From the NCBI RefSeq assembly GCF_964204645.1, contig NC_134026.1, forward strand, positions 1,635,950-1,699,949: a DNA stretch of 64,000 nt. Direction: 5' to 3'. Source of the stretch: Tubulanus polymorphus (lineage: Eukaryota; Animalia; Nemertea). Position numbers and translations under genes: made by a program. Below are positions 40,355 to 53,836 of this stretch, piece by piece (the first letter of the stretch is position 1; each line of letters begins with the position of its first letter). Under the pieces are notes generated by a model, which saw only the letters and a list, made by a program, of their open reading frames with translations, did not search any database and had not been told where the DNA came from.

Positions 40355-43243
40355 TCAAACGAAAGTGTCCTCCATTTTATCAAGTTTCGCTTGGTTATAA
40401 ACAACAACAACAGGTTTCTCCTTACTAACATTCGTTATTTTCGTAGCTTGACAATCTGTAGCGGTTCTGTACTGATGGTCTTTTTTCGTAGGCGCAACTG
40501 GAATAGTTTTTGATGTTTTAAGTACATCGCAACTGACGTTTTTCGCCACTGCAATCGTATTAGAATTGTTTGATCGCGGATGCTGAACCTCATTCCGACG
40601 TGGGTGTAAGAACGGTGACACTTGTTCGTCACAGCTGAGCTCGTCTTCAGCGAAATATGAACTTCCAGTAGAAAACCCGCTGATATCAGATTTATAACTG
40701 TATCTACTGCGGGGCGTGTTCGGGTTTGACGAATGATAACCGTCTTCAGACGCCTGACGACGAGTGCCCGTAGCAGACGATGAACTGGTTACTAACGACA
40801 TACACGATCCAGATATAGCACCAGAATCCTCCGATTGATAACTAAAACGTCTCATTCTATCATACTGAACCACCGAACGTGATAAGATACCCGAGTCATT
40901 AAAGTTCGGTACATCTTTTTCATTGTATCGAGACGTGATATCATTCCATTCCGTGTGCAATGTTGCATCACTATCAATAGCACTATCCTCCTTACTATCA
41001 TTATCACAGAAACTCGAATTATCACTTTGCGTTTCGGAATCGATTTCATCTTTCTCTAGCGGACTGTCCATATCAGTTTCAAACCATGTTTTATGTTTTC
41101 GCCTCCGTGGATGGAAAGACTTCGCGAGAACTTGAAGCTTAACCGTGTTTGCCCATTCTCCAGACGAACTGGATGATACCTTTCTTGAACACCGGTCAGT
41201 AGTTTTTATTTCTGGTCTGATGTTTATGAATTCACTTGTTAAAACTCTGTTCCCATCTGTTGTATGATTTGATGGTGTAGTACTGACTGAATGTCTCCTG
41301 GGTGGTCGCGTTGGACTCTCGTTAAGATTCGGCGGTTTCTGCGATAGAATGTTGTGCAATTCATTTTCGAAGTGAGCACTTCTTTCGGGGCTCCGCGTCG
41401 TCTCCGGATCGGGAGCTTCCATTAGAAGTTTATGTTCGCAGTGTTGTAAGAGGACGGCGTGCATCGGACTGGGATAGTTGAATTTATTACCGGATAGTGT
41501 AAACGAACGAGCGAAAGCGGACGGATGAGATTTGATCAGATCTGTCCCAAGACAGACGCTACTACGTCGTGTATCCGGGTGACTTTTCTGTTTAGGACCA
41601 TCAGGAGGATCATCAGCGTGTGATTGAATCGTTTGCCGTTCGGATTCTGACTTATTCCTGACATTTATTGTCGGCTTATTACCAGTTTTATCGACAAATG
41701 AATGTCTTTTATTGATAGATAGTGCATTGACGTCAAGACTCAGACGTCTTTCGGTACTTTGTTTGCTGTAACCAGACAATCGTGAAACCATTTTCATCAG
41801 TTCTGGGTCCGTTATCAATGAATCACGTTGAAATGTAGATTCGGTCGGGATACTCGCTTCCTCGTATTCGGGAACCTTCGTAAGTTTGGCCCGAGCCATT
41901 TCCGACTGTAAAATAAAACAAGATACGAAATATTTCTACCAGTCAACTATAATAAAAACGATCCGTGTTGAGGACACGTGTTCTTTGTCTTAAAATGACA
42001 GCTCGGATTTTGTGTTTGATAGAATATAGGCTTCAAATCTAGAACAGGGGCAATTATCAGACCTCAAAACCATAACTAATATCGGTTCCCGTTTTGCCAT
42101 TTTTGTCCATACTCAAAGCACGCTAGTTGTATTATTGTTCACGAACAAAATTCGATATCGCCCCGATAGCATGTCAACTATTCTATGTGTATATATATAT
42201 TCATATACGGTCGTTAAAACATTTAGAACATTTGCACAAAAACAGGACGAAAAATCGGCATACCAAACTCGCGTGTGGTGAATAAATGCCACTCATAATA
42301 AATTATTAATTGTCAGTCGATTTTGGTTTTAAGGGCGACATTCTTCTTACGTATTTTATAACATAACAAACACTTTCAGTAAATATACGTGTTTGATTTG
42401 CTATATATTCAAATTCCTTATATCTCTAGTGAAATTATTCTCACGGCTATCCCTACCATGTCGACCAACATTATACATGATTATTTTAATACTTAAGATT
42501 ATCATTAAATCCGACATGCTTCGGAATTTATTGTGTAACGGTTATTTTCAAAAGCGAGACCGTGCAATCTTCTCATGTCCAGCTCAATAAACACGGCATG
42601 AATGGATGAATATTTCTCGTGGGAATTTCAGGACGACGCTTCATTTCCTCTCTCTCTCTGTCTCTGTCTTTCCTCGTTTTATGGCAGTGCAGTAATGTGT
42701 CGCTGTTTGGTGTTTTTATTATTTGAATAACAGTATATAGACCAACAATGATAAAGTGTCACTCGCTAAACACGATGATAAGTGTTTGTAGAGATAATAT
42801 GTGACATAAGTAGATAATTTAGAAGTTATCTGCAAATGTCGCGATACTTTTAAGATACTAAGCTCATGTTCCATGGGACAAAACAGCAATTGCACGTAAT
42901 TAGTTCCAGGACAAAGTTAACCAGTTTGAAGGCATATTTTTGTATAAAAGAAGAATTCTTACGGGAAATAAATGGAATTCTTTTATCGTGTTCAGCCCGA
43001 ATCAGTCAAAAACAACTCGTCACACCCGCTAACCTGAAGGAGATTTACCTGCATGAACTGCAAAAGTCCATGATCCACGGAATGGCGCCTTCTTCTGTTC
43101 GTATCAATTGATGATTTAACATTTTTAATTAATGACTGCTGCTTCTCACGAAGTAGCCGCAACTCCTCCAATCCGGCTACACTAGCATCGATTCGAGCCT
43201 GCATTCTATCCGACCTTTCATACACGACGGTCGTGTTCTCCAT
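40355..43243 (-). CDS. DACT: Dapper/DACT-family protein (exons 43243-43049, 41905-40355)
   Basis: RIDASVAGLEELRLLREKQQSLI parallels vertebrate DACT [39 protein letters not shown] parallels GNDVYRYPSPLHAVAVQ; Ser-rich body; C-terminal class I PDZ ligand DTFV; phase-0 GT-AG intron joins the two ORFs. Confidence 0.82.
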
Positions 43244-46025
43244 AACGCGAGGTTTTGATTTCAATCATCCGATCATTCTCTCCTCAGCCTTTGAAATAAA
43301 TCCGTCGAACGAAGAAAACTATGAATGTCGCGATTTTTCATTCCGTAAAAACAACATTCCATTCCTGGGAACACCGGACAACTTGTCCGTGTGACTAATA
43401 CTTTCTTTTAGCGCGTCCATTTATTAAATGTTGGCCTAAGTAATTTGCACGATCGCGAGGCAGACGAGGCACTGTGACACTAGTGTTTAATACGTACACG
43501 ACGTGTTTGAAGTGACGCACGCGAGACTGTGTCAATGTGTTGATCTGTGTCAATGGATCATACATCGATTTAGCGGAAAACCGGTGTTTCTATTTACCAG
43601 CTCTTCGAAATCGTTTTTTGTTCATTTTTGTTCCCATGTTTGTGGCAGGTTGTTTCGTAGCTTGTTTACCTTTCGTTCCCACCAAATTATATCGTTGGAT
43701 AATATTGCGCGCTCGAGGCATCCACCAACCAGAAAAGAAGATCTCCATTTATTCTTTTTCATTCTGATAACAGCGAAAAGAATTAATTTTTCTTTCTTCT
43801 CATTTAAGTTTTTCTTGTTTCGATGAGTTATTTCTGTAAAAACGTGTATTTTTGCGCGCGTGAATACAACGCGTGTTAAATTCTCTTCACTATTTACTAT
43901 GAACAATCCGCGTGGAGACAATTTTTTAGATATGTCAAAACGTTTGATTTTTAAGATTCAATTACGTAATAGACCGTGCTGGAGGCTTTATTTCGATATA
44001 GATCGCACTTTGGTACGTATACATACATTTACACATTATTACCCCTCTCAGTAATGTGTAACAGGTTTTCTACTTTATAAATATACCAGCACTACACGGC
44101 CAGGTACACGATCTACTTCGCTATTATAACTATAGGAATTCATTTTACGCCGCATAAATCTGTGTTTATTTTCGTTTTAGAACTGTCCAGACGACCATTT
44201 TCATTAGACAAAACCACACCCGCCATTACCAGACAAGGAACTGTTGTGGATTAGCATATTTATGTGTGTGCAACGTAACGAAAATAATTGTAATTCAAAT
44301 GCGTAGGTGAGTATACATAGCACGTCTGCGGTTTTGAGGTTACATTGATGTTTTTATTCGATCATAATGTTATGAAAACCCTCTTGGAGGGATGATTAGA
44401 TTGTAATGAAATAGGAAGAAAGAAAATACAGTTCTATGTATTAGCTATGATATTATATAGCACTTATGGTATTGTGATCGTTTTTATCTGTTGAAACAGT
44501 GTAACAACAGGTAACAAAGCGCACAGGTGCTGAAAGCTATGATTAACTGGAGTAACACATTTCACTTCCTGTTTACGTAATAGCTTACGTACCGTTCCAA
44601 GGTCAATTGTCTTAAAGAAACTTAAGATTTATTTCCGTCAAATATGATTTCAAATCGAGCCGGTTTTCTGCAATAAAAACAATCCACGAATTTACTATAA
44701 TTTGATTCAAAATCAGTCCATATCTGTGCGGTTAAAATTTCACCCCGAGCGACTTATAAACCCCTCTCTAGATTTCATTCCTTAAGCGCTGAACAAACTA
44801 TGAATGAAATAAATTTGTTCGATAGTTCGATTTTCTGACAGCAATGATGGATGCTACCTTGAAAATGTTTACTTTAATATTATTTGAAACGATAAAATTG
44901 TGACAACTCGTTTTAAAGCATCACTCAAACATCTGTATTTCATCGAAGATTGCAGCAGCGCGTTCGTCTCCTTCGACATCATCGGCGGCATATCTCTTGC
45001 TAGGAGTAGAACCAAGTCAAACTAGTAGCTACTCGAGGACGAGAAATGCAGCGATGCGATGAGAAGTGAGAAAAGAGTGTAGCTCGCTTCGTCCGTACAT
45101 CTTCCTCGTATGCGATCGATAATACCCAATCCAGATTGAATGGTTTATGTGTACATATGTGCGATACAACATCGAACTGGACAATGGTGACAGCTACATA
45201 AAAACACCACCAAACTAACGTAGCGTCCGCAATATGGTATATGTTTGATATAGAATCATTTGGAACAGTAAATTTGTGATCAGTGGCGACATGCCATTAT
45301 GGCTGATTCGTGGATCTGATATCAACATCATCAAGTGTTTTCGTGCGCAAATAAGGCCACATTTATGGTCACTAGTGTGAATTTCAGAGCAGGTACCGTT
45401 TAATGTAGACGTTATCGTGAAATGCAATGGTTAATTCGACGTATCCCTTTGTATTAATCGTCAAAGATAATCGTTAATTTATCCATCTCTTTTGTTGAAG
45501 AATTTGTTGTCAGTTGATCGTACATAGATAATGTAACTTACATGGTGAGATTGCTCGGGGAATTGCGTTGAATATTTAATGAAGGGTAATATGTTTTGGT
45601 AATTGTATTCAATTAGGTGCCTTTTTCGATGTTTTCTTTCGTCAATTTAGCGCCGGGATACCCCGGGATAATTTGACGATAGAGAGTGCGAAAATAGACA
45701 CCGATTCTCGGTTCCCAATACTGGCGGTGTTTGCTGCAATTACGTAGCTGGGCCGCCATCGCTATACACAGGAAGGATCGATCGTTCCGACCGTCAGAAC
45801 CACCGTATTGATGGTGCTACACCGCGAGAACATGTTCTATGTGGGTGTACCAGATCTAGGGCATTGGCGATCGCTTATATGGTTGTACAGTTTTGAAATA
45901 GTAACATCGATTTCATATATTGACGTAAATGAATCCCCATCCCGAGATGCCAATCCCATGTGTGCAATTTTTGATCTATCAGTTGAGTGGGTTCTTTCAT
46001 TTCAGATTGTGATAAGCAGAGAGTG

Positions 46026-49000
46026 ATGGCAAATGAAACCGGCACAGATCAATCGCCAACTGATGTTACTCCGACTTCTTCTAGTTTCGACAGATCTCCT
46101 CATACGCCTCCGAGTATTGTTGTAACTAGACTAAGGAGAACATCCAGGTACGGTCGGTGTGACCACTAAGCACCACCAAAATGCCGGCGCCGGATCGCAA
46201 TTCTAAAATAGCGGTTTCGATATATATTCTCGATTCATGCAATAATATGCGACCATCTATCTAATATCACCCGCTATCGATTCCTCGCCGGCAAGTTTTA
46301 ATAATGTTGAATGCAGCCGGGTGGGATTTACTCCGGCAGCGGTGGCGGGCCGCTAGTATTTCAACGCATCGTTACGTGGCGCCATCTATGCACAGACACG
46401 GTAACTACACCGTGTAATCCACTGGCAAGATGGCGGAGACTGAGCAAGTTCAATTTCGAGCCCGGTATGTAATGTCGTTTTACACGATCATGTTCGACAT
46501 GTGCTATCGATTAAGTCTACGGGAAATTAGCCAAATAATGCGTGAATTTAGTAGATGTTATTTTTGCGTATATATAGTCCATACATCGCTGGGCAATTAG
46601 TGAAATAGGCCGCATCTCTGATACGTCATTTTTGACAAGCTCTCACTCGGCGGGTCTCGGACGGTCGGGAGAAGCAAGTCAGAGCTACACAGTAGAACAT
46701 TACCCCTACGAGCTGTTGTATAATGATGTGCAACTAGCTTATCGATGTATTTCGTTTTTTAGGAAACAATTTTGCGGGTTTATTGCTAAAATGTTGTAGT
46801 CTATTCACCACAGGCCTACATCACGAACTATAAAAAACCTACATTGGAGTGTTGATGACCGATTGATTGATAAAAATGTTATTTGCACTGTGTGGGTTAG
46901 GAATAGTAGATTGGATTAGATTATTGATTTTTGTTGAAGACATTGCCTTTATGAATATATGATATAGAACCTGAAACAGTCTACCATTTCTCAGTCGGTT
47001 GGATAGCGGTTGAGAAATAGATACCGGGTAATGTGCAACTGTCAACTGAGAGACAGCCATTATCTACGTCTCTGTGCACACCTTATGCATTTTCTGCTTG
47101 TATCTGACTTAGGTCATTTCCCTGACTTAAAGGTCAGAGAAATCTCGAGTAGTTGACTCTGACATACTCATCTCACTTAATCATCAATAAATGAGTCATG
47201 TCTGTACAGAAAAGTATTCAGTGGTTAAAGACTTATTTTCCTTGACCTCATGTGGAACTAGAAAAATTCTTCCTATCATTATTGTCCCAGAAACCGAGAT
47301 TGAAGCCACCAAATATTTAAATATCGATTGTAAGGAGTTCATAATGAAAAATAAGTAATTTTGTTGGAATGTTTCTGGACTTCCTGAACAGTTCCATTGC
47401 AGTAAAGCTGAATGTTCATTTCAAAAATGAATACATCTGAACCGCAGCTATCCTAGATATCCAGGGTTTATTTCAATCATTTTTCACAGATCTGCTATTG
47501 TTGTATCAAACAGTTGATAATACTGATTACACAAAGCTGGCTATTTACTATTTCTAAAAGCTTGAATCGAATTCGTCCCTACTGTTTTAAAATCAGGTCA
47601 GGATGCTTAATAACCTTCCAAACGCTGTAAATGTGTCTTGAATAGATAATACGAGTTAAATGGTGCATTTATTGATGATTGCCTGATAAAATTCTGTAGC
47701 TTGATCCCTCTGTGAGGCTGTTAACTTGTCACGGATGGTAAAAAAGTCTTTGTTTCTGTGAGGATTTCCATGTGAATCACCTAGTGCTAATGTACCGGGA
47801 ATGTTAATGAGTTTGATTTTGAATATTTGAATCCAAAACGATTTTAACCGTCTGAGTTTGACTCGGGACTTGTCGCATTAGCATAATGAACAGAAAGACC
47901 TTGAAATTGTTTATTTTCAAAGTCAAACATATCTTGAATACTTACTCTATTTTTGAATATTCAGAGTAGTTGAATTGACATATCTCCACCGAAAGAGTTA
48001 GCTGTGTAAGAATTAGGTTAAAGTACGTGTGGATTTTATAGGACGCATCAATGAGTTGAGAGTTTTTGCAATGAATAAATTTTCCTGAATTTGTCTATAG
48101 ACGGATAACTCACTACATACACTACTTTAATACATTAGTCATCTTAAAATCTAGATTTCCATTTCCAATTCAATATACTGTAAAAGTAAATCACCATTTG
48201 AATGATTCCAATGAATGTGACTTAAACAAGTTCGATTGTAGTTTTATTTTACTACTGGTATAAATGTTATATAATCGTATTTCACAGACACCGGTTTGTT
48301 CATAACAGGCCCAGGCTGCATCTGTCTCAATAAATATGTATTCATTGCCTGGAAATAAATACTGAATCAATAATATCTAGGATAGTAGTACAAGCCGCCG
48401 AGTGACGAGAAATACCTCATCATAGTCATCCACTTCTATATCATTAATGATTGAATGAATGAATCTCGGATATAATTGGTTTTTACGTTATCCGCTGGAT
48501 GGATATAAACTAACCGTCAGTCAGCGTCGTCTAGCCGTGTATCCGACAATATTACATAATCATTTTAACCACCTAGTGACATTTATGACCGAATCATCGA
48601 CAGTCACGGAGTCAATCTTATTGATCCGTCGTGGTTGGGTCTCTCCTTGGTTACAGCAGTGTCTAGATCTATTTACATCTCAATAATCTCTGTAAAGCCA
48701 CGTACATCTATCACAAATACTTCAGCCGCAATCGCAATCGTTTTTTGACGCGGGGCAAATAATGTGCCTTTTTGAGGTGGGCTAAATTTGGCACAATCAG
48801 AAGTCGGGCAGACCTGTGCCAAATTCAAGCAAACCAAATTGAATACTATGTGGTTTTGGAAGTGACTCACCTCGCTAGCTGCAGCACCATTTTGATAGCG
48901 TTGTAGTGAATAGTGAGTTATTTATGTGTGGACGTGTTCTCTCATTTAAGCAGACAAAAATATGACTTGGGTCTGGTTAGGGCCAGTTTGACCCAGGCGA

Positions 49001-51173
49001 AATCATCTCTGCGTGATCGCAGGTTTAGAAATGCTTTGTAAATCATATCATGATTATCTCATGTTTTGCCTCCTTAATTACTTGTAATGTTATATTTAGT
49101 ACTCGATAATTGCTCGTCGTGTCAATAGAAGAGGTTTTGTGCGTTACATATCATCCTAAGGACAAACAGTTAGCGTGTTCTTCATACAAATTGCTCGCAA
49201 TTGATTGTGACTGATGGCAACACCTTCTACTGTGGCAGCAGTATTCGGAGACTAGCTCTATGAAATTATGGCGTAATAGGTTTCTAGGTTTATGCGCCAC
49301 TGCGCCAGTGTGGGTGTAGCATATTTATACAACTCTCTGCGCACAGGAGCGATCACAGAGCCTATAGCTTGTTGTGGCTTCTTGCCAGTTGTTCGACATT
49401 CCATTTCGTGCTAAACCATTAACTCATTCTTATCTGCATCTCAATTAAGACATTCCGAGGTCTTCGATATTGACTTAGTTATTTATTCTGTGTACATATA
49501 ATATTATATAAACCCTCCTATTGTTAAGTGGTATCCGACCATGGATGGCATAAAACGTACTACACAGCCTAGGTATGAAAATACAAGTAGTTATGGTTAT
49601 TTTCGGAAGTCCATTTTTACAGGTTTGACTGAAATAGATGTACATTACTGTTTGGTTCTACAACTAAGGATGGTTTAGGAATTGCGAATCAGGATTGCAA
49701 ACTCTCTACTAGATTTCTATCAGGTTGCGGATTATGCTATTCCTGAATAGGTAGAGCATATTTTAGTTTAAAAATGTTGCCAGAAGAAGGAATTCCAGAA
49801 TCAGTGGAGACTAAATTGAAACCTGCCTTAAGCTTCTACTGGCATCTCATAAATCAGCAGAGTTTGGGATTGGGGTTGAGCACTTCTGCTATGTTGTCAA
49901 TAGTTAGCGCTTCTTCATTAAAATACATGCATTTATTAGTTATGATATAGATTAATGCTTTTACACTTCATTATTTTATTTTAGAATGTTCTCGACTGAA
50001 GTGCGTTCCAATTTTTAGAAACTTCCATTTCAAATCTCTTCGTTCAATTCTAAAAGGAATTTATTTATACTGATCAAAAATACTGATCCAGATACTTTTC
50101 ACTTGTGTGAACAGATACTAATCACAGTGTTGCTTGTGATATGAATGCACAGCTCTGGTTTGGTCTGTTCTCAATTGGTCCGTCGTCCCAGGTACTGGGC
50201 TAAATTGATTGAACATACTAACTATGGATAGTATAAACGCAGCTATAAGCTCAACACAGCTGTTAGGAGTTTGATTTCAATCGATAATTATTGATTATGT
50301 TACAAAGTGTAGATGATTTTCTTAATTCAGGGTGGCGCCACTCACCTGGAAATCAGGGAAAGTCAGGAAATAGTCGGGAATTCTGTATAAAAAAAGCTAA
50401 AAATCAGGGAAAAGTTGCAGAAATTCATTGAGACTCGACTTAAAACTAAACAGTTTCCGTCTATTTGTGTATTGTGTAAATTGATCGGATTCTTAGCAGA
50501 TCATGGAATATAACGTGCATGTCAGTCACATTCTCCCTCGACAGGGATTCCAACCTGATGACATCGCTAGACTAAGCTAAGGCACGAAACCGTGCCACGC
50601 TAGCACGTGTGTGCCTGCAAGAAAACTTGGATTGGCCGTTGTATAATCTCTAATGCATATTACACGGCTGAATTACAAATGGAAATATAGCTGTAAAGCA
50701 GCGATAACGGGTTTTCTGCACAGTTCAAATTCTTGTTCTTGTCTGGATACTGGAAAAAAATCTGTGGCCGTGATGTATTATATATTCATGTTGTTTTTTT
50801 TTCTATTTATAGTTTGGAGAGCCGTGATAATCCGTTCCAACCCGATGGCGAATTGAGTCGCGAGGCCGAGGAGTTGTTGCGCCGGTCGACGATTTCTCGT
50901 ACGCAAGTGATCATCGACGATCCGGAGAAATCAACGAGCGACGTCGAGGCTGAAGGCGCGATCACGCCGGCGAACATCTCGGCGGTGGCCGCGTCGCCGA
51001 CTGACGCCAATCAGAACGAGGCTGTACGACCGGTGGATATCAAGCTGAACGATAGCGGCGAACCGGTCGAGGGCGAGGTCGGCGTCGTTACCAAAGGTCC
51101 CGGTAACAGTCTCCACGTCGAACACGTGAAACTGAAGGAAAAGAAGAAGTGTAAATGTTGCGTTGTTATGTAG
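46026..51173 (+). CDS. Small uncharacterised CaaX/palmitoylated protein (alternative first coding exons 46026-46147 or 46430-46464; last exon 50813-51173)
   Basis: Both upstream exons end in phase 2 at GT donors and fit the acceptor at 50812; the last exon has coding-like GC content and reads LESRDNPFQPDGELSREAEELLRR...VEHVKLKEKKKCKCCVVM*. Confidence 0.75.
48811..49022. repeat. Dispersed repeat family R1, copy 3
   Basis: gacctgtgccaaatt..tggaagtgactcacctc..gtgagttattta..tgacttgggtct..aaatcatctctgcgtgatcg. Confidence 0.7.
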
Positions 51174-53609
51174 TGTGCGTCGATTACGACGGCTTTAAAA
51201 ACAAAAAAAACTTTAGGATTTTATATTTGTCGCGATGAAGTTATTATTAATACAACCACTATACCGATCGTCTCGTCGAGTGCTGCCACCTACATAGAAG
51301 ACGGAAATCATTGATAACGATGTTTATTATTTGGAACGCTTCATCCATGTGTATTTTGACATCTATCGCTGACTGGGCTTAAATTAAAGGTACACGTTGC
51401 CGAGAGCGATAATGCCTAGCATTGTTGCTTTAGTTGTCTAGCGACGCGCGTAGTATGGAGTTTGAGCGGACGGACCGGTACGGACCGGTCCGTCATCGTC
51501 GACTATCTCTCGTATCATCGCGTATCGTTCGATGAATACCGGCGACAGAACTTCGTTTTTAAAGGATAAAAAAAGTAGAAAGCCAGTTTCATATGGTGCA
51601 TTTTAACTGTCAAGCATTGAAAATGCTTTGTATTTCTTCCATGGAAGTTTGGTATGTAACCGTCTCGAGGAGAACAGGCCGCGAAGACACCTAAACATTC
51701 GTTTTGATTCATGAAATGATCGCGTAGAAGAAGAATATTGAAGAATATCGTCGCCGGCTTCAAGTGTTATCACTTCCATTTCATATCATATTAACCCCTT
51801 AATCCTATAGCATCGCTTGATTCACTGCAGAGATAAATATATATTATTACAACTACTGCTAGTCATTGTAATCATTCAACGAAGTGTCATCTAGTGTCAT
51901 TATTATCAGTCGGGGTTTTTTTTTCCTGAGAAATTGTTGAAATTACGGCGTTAATTTTTACTACGAATCGTACGACAATGTTTTAACTTATAATATCCAT
52001 GGCAACCATACGAGCTGATAGAGCTCTGTAGTGTTTGTTTTAATTTCTGGTTAACGTGAATGTCAATACTCGTAAATGCTCATCTAGTGAATTTTCTACG
52101 CGTTGCGGCGAACTCTTCGCGGGACCCGGCGCGGCGCTTCACTCCGATGAACTCGTGTTTCAGTTTCTTACGAACGCTTTTAATTTGTTTCGTGAATCTG
52201 CCGTACGAATAGCGAAGGTTGCGGTACTTCCTGTACATCGCTATGGCGATGAAGATATCTGTTGAATCGCGCTGATTTTGCCATTTTGCGAGGAACGTCA
52301 GAACTCAAAATAATGGCTTTCAATGAATAGTAGTAGATGTTTATGATACGGATAGATATTGTGATAAACAATAATGACAAGATTATTATCAAGGCCTTGT
52401 ATTTGATATAAGCGATTGATAGGTTTTGAGTTTTGTTTGTTCGTTGCCTTTATTTTCTATTAATTATTCGATGATTGAATTGCTCAGATGACGTAGTTTG
52501 TTTAAATGTGTGTTAAATGTAAATATTGCATTTTTAACGGTAGCTCGTCTTCAGTGATATAAACAAGTCCTACAGTTTATTCTCTTCCTCGCTGGACGAA
52601 TCGGTCATTTATAGTTTATGTATATTCCCTATGAAGAATAACCTGCTTTCCAATATTGCACCTATAGGGCTACCCTTAAACTAACGCTTATCTCATCATG
52701 GAATTAGCAGCGTTTCCCCTTGCAAATGAAAATAGATGTATTTGAAATGCTTCTCACAATTCATGGGGGTGGGGAACACGGGCCGTACTATGGATTCTCG
52801 ACGCAGAATTGGTCTCCTCTCCTTAACAAATTTGTATTCTAATCACAAAACTGGTTCAAAAATGTTTGGTTTTTGTTTCTTTCGAAGATGACTGCCTTTT
52901 CATTGGAAAAACAGACTTAAAAAGAGTTGATCAGATGGAAATAATAGGGTCAGAAAATATGAAGCTCCCTCTGGCTATAGAACTGGCTTGGTTCCCTGGG
53001 TATGCAGGTGTTTGTAGTCGCTTGAAAATGACAATGAAGGTTTTAGTTGTCTATTTATAGAATCTGAAGAGTTGACCCCTACACCATCGACTCATTCATC
53101 TCCTAATTATTACTGATTATGTTAATGATCCTTTGTGAACTGAAGTAATAATGATTAATCACAGAAACTGGTTCATGTGACTAGTGGGTATATATATATA
53201 TGTGTGACCTGTCTGGTCGCAACAGACATTTGAATCCCTCCTGCAACAATTTGTCGCCAACGTCAACTTCAATGAATACGATGAAATTTGTCATGGGAAC
53301 GATCATTATAAAAATCTAATAAAAAAACTCTTTCTGTTGAGACCTGTGAAGATATAGGTCCCGGTACCACCATCGAGTTTTATAACATAATTGCCTTTCA
53401 AATTTTTTTAAGATTTGATCTTTTTTCGAGATTAGATGCATAATACGGATTGGAATAGCGTTTCATCGATATTGATAATGATTTGATGATGACAGCTGTA
53501 AGTGAGAGGGAGAGAGATGTGTGTTTCTCATATCTCTGTAACAGTCTGATGTTGGGTCTAAATTGCACAGTTGTAGACTGGTAGATTGTTAGATTGACTA
53601 TAACCAAAA

Positions 53610-53836
53610 TCAGGGTTCATAGCCAGTTTCCAAAGTACTCAATAAAGCACTGCTTTTGAAAAGAATTTAATGAGGCCCTCGAAAAATACTTACTTCACGC
53701 AACAATTTCAAGAAGTGCTTATAAAGTGCTTAATTTCGACTTTTGATTGTGTTTTTTGGATGATTTATGTTATGATGTGCAATGATAGAAAAGTGTCACT
53801 TTTGCCTGACTAAAGTGCTTACTGCTATGAACCCTG
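53610..53836. mobile_element. MITE with CAGGG...CCCTG termini
   Basis: cagggttcatagc / gctatgaaccctg perfect 13 bp TIR; internal aagcact/aagtgctt motifs. Confidence 0.7.

Noticed and set aside
43503-44054. Several overlapping ORFs upstream of DACT
   Set aside because: Low-complexity Phe/Lys-biased frames without motifs; probably 5' UTR, intron or promoter.
50528-50610. CTGATGA...GAAAC resembling a second hammerhead
   Set aside because: No clear stem II closes between the core motifs; the adjacent gggattccaacc looks more like a reversed tRNA B-box of a degenerate SINE.
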